Positions 1-5,900 of a stretch of 12,005 bases of DNA are shown piece after piece (within the stretch, counting starts at the first letter, position 1; each line of letters starts with the position of its first letter). Source of the DNA: Myxococcota bacterium (GTDB lineage Bacteria > Myxococcota > SpSt-1050); contig JBMFOP010000091.1 of assembly GCA_049969675.1 (NCBI GenBank), positions 1-12,005 on the forward strand, read 5' to 3'. Made by a program: the position numbers and the translations under genes. Under the pieces are notes generated by a model. The model saw nothing but the letters and a program-made list of their open reading frames with translations, did no database searches and had not been told where the DNA came from.

Positions 1-205
1 ATCAATATTAAGCCAGTCTTCTGTGTTTTTATTTGATAAAATAATTTCATCTTACGGAGGCTTTTATATCAAGAAAATTTGTTTGGATAGATGTGATTGG
101 ATTCTTTAATCATAACTTCTACGCAAAATGCACAGAAGATTTTCAGGACCTTTGGTTTCGGTTATGCCGAATCAGAAATAAGAAAATGGTACTGGATTAG
201 CTGAT

Positions 206-234
206 TTTTTGACTAATTAAAAATCTGGTATAAT
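206..234 (+). promoter_or_regulatory. Sigma70-type promoter (extended -10) for the flavin reductase-like gene
   Basis: TGgTATAAT at 226-234 is a perfect extended -10. TTGACT at 209-214 is only 14 bp upstream, which is non-canonical spacing. RBS GGAGGT at 258-263 precedes the ATG at 268. Confidence 0.55.
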
Positions 235-267
235 ATTGCTTAATGTGAGACGCCATCGGAGGTCTTA

Positions 268-795
268 ATGAAGAGAAAGGTAAACTCAAGGCATTCATAT
301 AAGTTATTACACCCCAAGATAGTAGCATTGATTACCAGCAGGTCCAAAAAGGGGAGAGAGAATGTGATGTCCTGTGCGTGGATGACACCCGTCTCAGTTA
401 ATCCGCCTCTGGTGCTTGTAAGTATAGCCAGGGAGTGGTATACCTCAGAACTGATCAATGAGTCAAAAGAATTTGTAATAAATATCCCGGATTTTTCAAT
501 GATTAAAGAGGTGATGCTCGCGGGGACACTCTCGGGTAGAAGGATAGACAAGCTGATGAAGATGGGACTCAAGGTCTCAAAGGCAAAGATGGTAAAATCG
601 CCAGTTGTTGATAAATGTATTGCGCACATAGAGTGCAAATTGGTAAAGAAGGTAGAGGCGGGTGAGTCTTATATATTTATTGGTAAGGTTCTCGCTGCCT
701 ATGCAGATGAAAATTACTTTGACAGGCAGTGGAAGAGCAGGGCAAATATACCACTTCACCTCGCCGATGATAAATTTGTAAGATTCAAGTCCTGA
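268..795 (+). CDS. Flavin reductase-like FMN-binding split-barrel protein (DIM6/NTAB, flavoredoxin-like)
   Basis: 175 aa with family motifs LLHPKIVALITS, ENVMSCAW, VSVNPPLVLVSI, T-x-ELI-x-ESKEFVINIP, GTLSGRRIDK and IECKL...AGESYIFIGKV. Strong RBS. Confidence 0.9.
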   Translation: MKRKVNSRHSYKLLHPKIVALITSRSKKGRENVMSCAWMTPVSVNPPLVLVSIAREWYTSELINESKEFVINIPDFSMIKEVMLAGTLSGRRIDKLMKMGLKVSKAKMVKSPVVDKCIAHIECKLVKKVEAGESYIFIGKVLAAYADENYFDRQWKSRANIPLHLADDKFVRFKS

Positions 796-919
796 TTAAT
801 GGGATATTATCAAGATCTCAGACCTCCACAAAAATGGTTTGTTTATCCATCTGTGTATAGATGTAATGGTATGAATCTCCGTATAGTACAATCGTATTTT
901 ATTGAGTAATAAATCAGAA

Positions 920-1189
920 CTAAGGGGCATCTAAATTTATAATGCTGTATCCTCCGTCAATATTACAAATGATCTCTACTCTTACAAACTTCCTTCCATC
1001 CAGTTCAGGATTATTTGCACGGAGAGATGAAAAATCTGTGCCCTCAATGAATCTTTTTAAAAACTCTATCTCCTCAAAGAGATCATCTTTCACATCTTCC
1101 TCAATTGATTTCTTAATAAGTTCACTCAACCTCTTTCGTGCAGCCGTCTCAATACAGTGTCCATCAAGTATTAGAATGACACTATTCAC
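920..1189 (-). CDS. Small hypothetical protein (about 89 aa), last gene of the kinase operon
   Basis: The ORF track starts at 1210. GTG at 1189 overlaps the kinase stop (GTGAATAG), matching the coupling seen elsewhere in the operon. The sequence is protein-like and amphipathic (HCIETAARKRL...FLKRFIEGTDFSSLRANNPELDG). The start is uncertain. Confidence 0.65.
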   Translation of the reverse strand: MNSVILILDGHCIETAARKRLSELIKKSIEEDVKDDLFEEIEFLKRFIEGTDFSSLRANNPELDGRKFVRVEIICNIDGGYSIINLDAP

Positions 1190-2960
1190 TCCTGGCACAC
1201 CTAAATCCAACTGTCATCAATCTCTCTGAGGGCATAGCATACATTCGATTGCTCTTTCTGATATCAAAGGATGTGCTCTTAAAAGAGCCTCCGCGAATAA
1301 CTCTATATGTCCCTGTCATTGGCCCCTTTGGATTTGTGGTATTCATAGTCAGATATGTATTTTTGTCATACCAGTCTGCAACCCATTCGGCTACATTTCC
1401 AGCCATATCCATTACCCCATATCCACTTGCTCCGAGAACATAGCTTCCTACCTCTTTGAGTTTCAAATCACACTCTATAAAATTCGCCCTCTTGCAGTCA
1501 GGTTTTTCATCTCCCCATGGATATTCTGTATTTTTATTCTTCTGTGATGCTGCCTTCTCCCACTCTGCCTCTGTAGGGAGTCTCTTCTTAACCCATTCAC
1601 AGTAGGTCTTTGCATCGTTGTAACTCACTCCCACGACTGGTGCGGAAGGTGATTTGTTTACAAGAAAGTTCTGAGGCTCGCCACAGACCTTTGCCTCCAC
1701 ACACTTCTGATACTGTAGATTCGTCACCTCATACTTATCAATGTAATATGCGGAGAGGAGAACCCTCTTTACTGGCTTCTCATCATCCTTCCCCTTCTCA
1801 CTGCCCATAATAAATTCTCCTGCGGGTATATACACCTGTTCAGCCCTTATCGGATTTACCGCCGGGGCGAGTGCCTTCTGATGGAACAGGAAGTAATATG
1901 CTAACCCTCCAGTAACTATCAATATAAATACCACAATCCCAATAATTAGACCTATATTGGATCTCCCTGCTGACACCTGCTGTGTTGAAATTTGAGAGGG
2001 GATATTTTCAGCGGATATTATTGGTGGCATATTGCTCATTGACTCTATTGCCTTCTTAAATTCCTGAGCACTCTGATATCTGTCGGCTGGATTTTTGGCA
2101 AGCACCTTTAAGAGCACCCTCTCAACAGATTCAGGAAGTGTTCCATCAAATGTCCTCGGGGATGGTGGTTCTAACTCTACATGGCTCTTCCTCACCTCAT
2201 AATCGCTCTCTGAATTAAACGGGACCCTTCCTGTCAGTGCCTCATAAAGGGTTATACCGAGGGCATATAAATCGCTTCTTGCATCCAGCTCCGCACCTCT
2301 GATCTGTTCGGGGGACATATACCACACTGTCCCAACTGCAATCCCGGTAGCGGTGAGTTTGGTTCCGCCGGTCAGCTTCGCAATGCCGAAGTCCATTACC
2401 TTTACTCTCTTATCAGGTGTAATCATAATGTTGGCTGGCTTTATATCTCTGTGAATTACTCCGAGTTCGTGTGCATACCCGAGGGCATCACATACCTGTG
2501 AAAAGATCTGAATCGCCTCTTCAAGTGGAATCTTCCCCCTCTCCCTGATATGCTCCTCAAGGGTCTTCCCTTTTACAAATTGCATAATCAGGTAAAACTT
2601 CTGGTCCTCTTCCAGAAAGTTGTAGAGTGTAACAATATTCGGGTGGTCCAGTTTGGCGAGGAGTCTTGCCTCATTAATAAACCTTGTCCTTATCCCCTCA
2701 TCCTGTGAGAGCTCGGGTGGGAGCATCTTTATAGCCACTTCCTGTCCGGAGAGGTTATGAACCGCCTTATATACAACACCCATCCCGCCTTCACCGAGCT
2801 TCTTCACCACCTCATAGTTCTTGCCGATAATGATTTTTTCATCTTTGGGTGCCTGAGGTATCACACCTACAGCGATGGTCCTGCGTGAAAGTGTCTCCCC
2901 GCAAGAGAGACAGAACTTTGCATCATTTGCATTCTCGGTATTACACTTTGGACATTTCAT
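1182..2960 (-). CDS. Membrane Hanks-type Ser/Thr protein kinase: zinc ribbon + kinase + TM + FGE-sulfatase (SUMF1-like) domain
   Basis: N-terminal CPKC-x10-CLSC. Intact kinase motifs LGEGGMGVVY, VAIK, HRDIKPAN, DFG, GTVWYMSPE and DLYALG. TM helix IGLIIGIVVFILIVTGGLAYYFLF. C-terminal FGE-family motifs IPAGEFIMG, YEVTN, RLPTEAEWEKAA, DMAGNVAEW, RGGSF and GFRC. Confidence 0.95.
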   Translation of the reverse strand: MKCPKCNTENANDAKFCLSCGETLSRRTIAVGVIPQAPKDEKIIIGKNYEVVKKLGEGGMGVVYKAVHNLSGQEVAIKMLPPELSQDEGIRTRFINEARLLAKLDHPNIVTLYNFLEEDQKFYLIMQFVKGKTLEEHIRERGKIPLEEAIQIFSQVCDALGYAHELGVIHRDIKPANIMITPDKRVKVMDFGIAKLTGGTKLTATGIAVGTVWYMSPEQIRGAELDARSDLYALGITLYEALTGRVPFNSESDYEVRKSHVELEPPSPRTFDGTLPESVERVLLKVLAKNPADRYQSAQEFKKAIESMSNMPPIISAENIPSQISTQQVSAGRSNIGLIIGIVVFILIVTGGLAYYFLFHQKALAPAVNPIRAEQVYIPAGEFIMGSEKGKDDEKPVKRVLLSAYYIDKYEVTNLQYQKCVEAKVCGEPQNFLVNKSPSAPVVGVSYNDAKTYCEWVKKRLPTEAEWEKAASQKNKNTEYPWGDEKPDCKRANFIECDLKLKEVGSYVLGASGYGVMDMAGNVAEWVADWYDKNTYLTMNTTNPKGPMTGTYRVIRGGSFKSTSFDIRKSNRMYAMPSERLMTVGFRCARSE

Positions 2961-3699
2961 CTTTATCTCCTGTGTATAGCGCTATTTGAACAGTTATATT
3001 ATCATTCCCCCCTCGTCTATTTGCCTCCTCTATGAGTTGTTGAACTGCCTTCTGAATATCCTGAGACTTTGCAATCTGCAATATCTCTTCATCCGACATT
3101 GCATCAAATAGTCCATCGGAACATATAAGCAGTCTGTCTTTATCTCTCAAATCAAGTGTCCCAATAGGTTCATCAAACTCCAGATAGAATCTCCCGCCCA
3201 ATGCCTTACTCACTATGTTTCGTTCCGGGTGAAAGAGTGCTTCAGCCAGAGTGATTATTCCATCATCAAGCAACTTCTGAACCAGTGTATGATCCTTTGT
3301 CATTCTTTTGATATTTCCATCTCTGATGAGATATAGCCTGCAATCGCCCAGATGTCTGAAATATACCTTATCGCCTTTAACAACAAGCAAGATCACTGTA
3401 GCCCCCATCCCAAAGAGCCCCGGATCTGCATTTGCAAAGTCCCTTATCATTTTATTCGCTGTGTTCAATGATTCATCAATCATTGTCTCTATCGGCAGTC
3501 CGTTTGAGCTATGAATCTCAAAATACTCTCTAACGCTATCAACAGCTATCTTACTCGCCACCTTTCCCCCTCTATGCCCCCCCATCCCATCCGCTATAAT
3601 CAGCAGGTCCATATCCTGAATGTGATAATATCCAAGATAGTCCTCATTGACAGCCCTCACCATCCCGGTATGGCTCATATTTGCAACAGATATAGCCAT
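2941..3699 (-). CDS. PP2C/PPM-family Ser/Thr protein phosphatase (Stp1/PrpC-like)
   Basis: Motifs G-x-VR-xx-NED, ADGMGGH, HLGDCRLY, TKDHT, HPERN, CSDGL and GGNDNIT. The metal-binding Asp residues are intact. Overlaps the kinase start by 20 bp. Confidence 0.95.
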   Translation of the reverse strand: MAISVANMSHTGMVRAVNEDYLGYYHIQDMDLLIIADGMGGHRGGKVASKIAVDSVREYFEIHSSNGLPIETMIDESLNTANKMIRDFANADPGLFGMGATVILLVVKGDKVYFRHLGDCRLYLIRDGNIKRMTKDHTLVQKLLDDGIITLAEALFHPERNIVSKALGGRFYLEFDEPIGTLDLRDKDRLLICSDGLFDAMSDEEILQIAKSQDIQKAVQQLIEEANRRGGNDNITVQIALYTGDKDEMSKV

Positions 3700-3702
3700 C
3701 TT

Positions 3703-4335
3703 TTACCTTCTCTTCATCCTGACAAAGATTGTGTTGAAGGTGCCGAATGTGATTGTATCTCCATCATTTAAGGGCATCTCCTGATTAATCCTGATCCCGT
3801 TTAAGAGCGTCCCATTAGTGCTACCGAGGTCTCTTAGATAGAAGTTCCCATCCCTATATGAAATTGCCGCATGCTTTGAACTGATTGTATCATAGTCAAT
3901 GTGTACATTGCAGGAGGGAGATGCGCCTATAATATTCTCTGTGGAGAAGACCCTGAAATCCTCTCCCTCGCTTCTCCTGTCAAAGCTGACCAGCCATCCT
4001 GATAGGACAATATTGTGGCTCATAGTTTCTGTCTTGACCGCCTTCGTCTTCCTTACCTCCGATACCTTCTGAGGCTCAATGCCAAACTCCCTCATCTGCT
4101 CACTCTCTTTTGGGGGCGGTGACATTGTATTTATCTCAAAAAGGGTCTTCCCTTTGTTCTCCGGGGCGATTGTCCTGACCTTCTGCTCCCTCTGGGTAGC
4201 GCACTGCAAACAGACCTCATCTGTCTCATTCATAATATGTCCATTTGGACAGACCTTCCGGGTTAGCCTTGCACCGCAGGAGCCACAAAATTTCCCCGGA
4301 TCCGGAATCTCTATCCCACAGCCCGGACATCTCAT
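3703..4335 (-). CDS. Double zinc-ribbon + FHA domain protein
   Basis: N-terminal CPGC...CGSC and CPNGH...CLQC knuckles, then a low-complexity linker. C-terminal FHA motifs IIG-x-SPSC, ISSKHAAI, LRDLGSTNGT and LNDGDTITFG. ATGA overlap with the upstream gene. Confidence 0.9.
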   Translation of the reverse strand: MRCPGCGIEIPDPGKFCGSCGARLTRKVCPNGHIMNETDEVCLQCATQREQKVRTIAPENKGKTLFEINTMSPPPKESEQMREFGIEPQKVSEVRKTKAVKTETMSHNIVLSGWLVSFDRRSEGEDFRVFSTENIIGASPSCNVHIDYDTISSKHAAISYRDGNFYLRDLGSTNGTLLNGIRINQEMPLNDGDTITFGTFNTIFVRMKRR

Positions 4336-4931
4336 TTTGACCTCCCTTTTATGGCTGTCTTCATCGCCTTTATCATCTTTACAAAATACTCATGACTATT
4401 TGAGTAGAATTTAATCTGTCCCTCCATCTCAGAATTCAGATTCTCTATCTGCTTTTTGAGATTTGCCTTCTCAGCGGATATCTTTGCAAGACGATTTTTA
4501 GACCTCTCATCCTGTTTTGCCTGCAACTCCTCCTCCTCTTTTGTGAGTTCATTTAGCTGTCTCTCCGCAAGATTTAACATATTCTTCCTTGTAGCATAAG
4601 ATTTGATTGAAGAGATGGCGAGCTCCTCACCGGCTATCGCCTCACCAATATTCTTGTGAAATGTATCCATAGATATCGGTGCAATGTGGCGATTGAAATT
4701 CTCCTTCTCTGAATTGAGCCTCTTCTGAAGCCCCTGAAGTCTTGACTCAAATTCAACTATTGAGATTCCGGAGTTCCTGATGGCTTCCACAGTCTTATCC
4801 ATCTCAATACCTATCTGTTCAAGATTGTTTAGAATTGGACCGACCCTATTAATATATTCCTGCTTCTCATCCTTGCAACCATAAAGGGATGGGAGAGATA
4901 TAATCACATAAATAAAAAGAATCTCTTTCAT
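4332..4931 (-). CDS. Putative coiled-coil lipoprotein (199 aa), first gene of the operon
   Basis: The ATG at 4931 has AGGAG (4946-4942) upstream. Signal peptide MKEILFIYVIISLPS ends in a lipobox-like LYG-C19. The mature part is a long charged helical/coiled-coil sequence. The ORF-track TTG start at 4991 coincides with a -35 box and is unlikely. Confidence 0.8.
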   Translation of the reverse strand: MKEILFIYVIISLPSLYGCKDEKQEYINRVGPILNNLEQIGIEMDKTVEAIRNSGISIVEFESRLQGLQKRLNSEKENFNRHIAPISMDTFHKNIGEAIAGEELAISSIKSYATRKNMLNLAERQLNELTKEEEELQAKQDERSKNRLAKISAEKANLKKQIENLNSEMEGQIKFYSNSHEYFVKMIKAMKTAIKGRSK

Positions 4932-4962
4932 ACCGCTATAGCTCCTGAAATTCATTGTAGTA

Positions 4963-4991
4963 AATCTATTACATACAATTTGATTAGTCAA
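4963..4991 (-). promoter_or_regulatory. Sigma70-type promoter for the kinase operon
   Basis: TTGACT (4991-4986), 17-bp spacer, TAGATT (4968-4963), upstream of the RBS and the ATG at 4931. Confidence 0.5.
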
Positions 4992-5060
4992 ATTTTTATA
5001 TAATCATTTTCATATTACCAGCCATTCCAGTGCTTCCCCCTCAACGATTGTGAAAAATCC

Positions 5061-5821
5061 GTAACCGCTCAGTTATGGGGAGTGAGGTCTTTAAAGTAGC
5101 GGTCCAATTTTTAAAGCAAAGCACTATATATAAAATTCAATTCTGATTTTTTCTTATGTTCCAAATCTTTCAGTAAAATATCTCGTATGAATTAAGAAGT
5201 TAGATATTCCGAGACAGGTTCTTTCCCACAGAGGAGATTGTGCCTGTTCAAAGGATTGTTGCTAAGCACCGGTCCTGTGCAAAGAATAAGATTGCCTCTC
5301 ATCTCTGCGAGACTCTCAGGTGGCGAGGATTTAATGGTCGCGTCAAAATGCCTTGAGGCACTGAAAAGGATGGAGGGTGGTGCGAGATTTGGAGACAGGG
5401 GGAATCTTTTCGTATGGAGGAAGCAACAAAGGTTGAGGAGATAATGGTTGGGATGTGCCCTGTGTGTGGAGGGGTGAAGGGGATGCAGGCTGGTATGAGG
5501 CAGATACAGGAGATATTCTATGAGAACTGCGGCAGGCTCTATCAACAGGTCAGAGAGAGGGATGTGCCAGTCTACAATAACTTTGCTTAAGAGGGAATTA
5601 AGAAGCCCTGTCATTGGGAGGGAGATAAGTTTTGGGTCACAATCGGAGGATGGAGCGAAGAGAAGAGGAATACTTATGACCATCCTCTACTCACTCAAGA
5701 GGCACACAAAAGATATCAGGGAAGAAATCCTTGACCTCATCGCAGAGGGAAAAAGAGAAGGATTCTACTATCTCCTCTCTCTCATATTCACATCCTCACC
5801 CCACCATAAGTGAGCGATTAA
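5061..5821 (+). mobile_element. Internally deleted, degenerate IS66-family element (761 bp)
   Basis: Left end GTAACCGCTCAGTTATGG-GGAGTGAGG (5061-5087) matches the reverse complement of the right end, TTAATCGCTCACTTATGGTGGGGTGAGG (5821-5794): 15/18, then 8/9 after a 1-nt gap. GTAA termini are typical of IS66. IS66 transposase fragments lie inside. No target duplication is visible. Confidence 0.85.
5334..5813 (+). pseudogene. IS66-family transposase (TnpC-like) remnant with frameshifts and a large internal deletion
   Basis: Three pieces. An N-terminal GGARFGDRG piece (from 5334). Then 5414-5590, which reads CPVCGG (zinc-finger half) fused to RLYQQVRERDVPVYNNFA*. After a frameshift, RELRSPVIGREISFGSQSEDGAKRRGILMTILYSLKR, the IS66 C-terminal NNxAERxLR-xxVI-R-x-SFGSQS motif. 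The stop codon lies inside the right IR. Confidence 0.85.
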
Positions 5822-5840
5822 ATAACGAGCCAATTCCTAT

Positions 5841-5893
5841 TTGACATCTGAATGAGTAAATGATAAAAAAGGATATTTCCCGTATTAAGGAGG
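5841..5893 (+). promoter_or_regulatory. Sigma70-type promoter and RBS for the giant lipoprotein gene
   Basis: Perfect TTGACA (5841-5846), 17-bp spacer, TAAAAA (5864-5869) preceded by TG at 5861-5862. RBS TAAGGAGG at 5886-5893. Confidence 0.55.
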
Positions 5894-5900
5894 ATTTATT

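Noticed and set aside
1..205. Partial gene at the left edge
   Set aside because: The frames I translated are interrupted by stops or give only short peptides with no recognisable motif.
796..919. Bidirectional intrinsic terminator between the convergent genes
   Set aside because: Only weak hairpins are present (CATCT/AGATG at 848-863, TTTATT/AATAAA at 898-913), with no GC-rich stem plus U-tract.
1185..1305. Diversity-generating retroelement variable region at the end of the FGE domain
   Set aside because: FGE-type domains are common DGR targets, but I see no adenine-variant template repeat and no reverse transcriptase in the window. A remote DGR cannot be excluded.
1182..3699. TerY-P-type kinase/PP2C anti-phage triad
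   Set aside because: There is no vWA (TerY) gene, and the kinase is a membrane receptor type with an extracytoplasmic domain.
4932..4991. N-terminal extension of the lipoprotein ORF from TTG at 4991
   Set aside because: The ATG at 4931 has an RBS and gives a proper signal peptide. The TTG is part of the -35 box.
5192..5683. 163-aa minus-strand ORF, and the 5238-5444 and 5520-5813 ORFs as independent genes
   Set aside because: They are antisense to, or fragments of, the decayed IS66 transposase.
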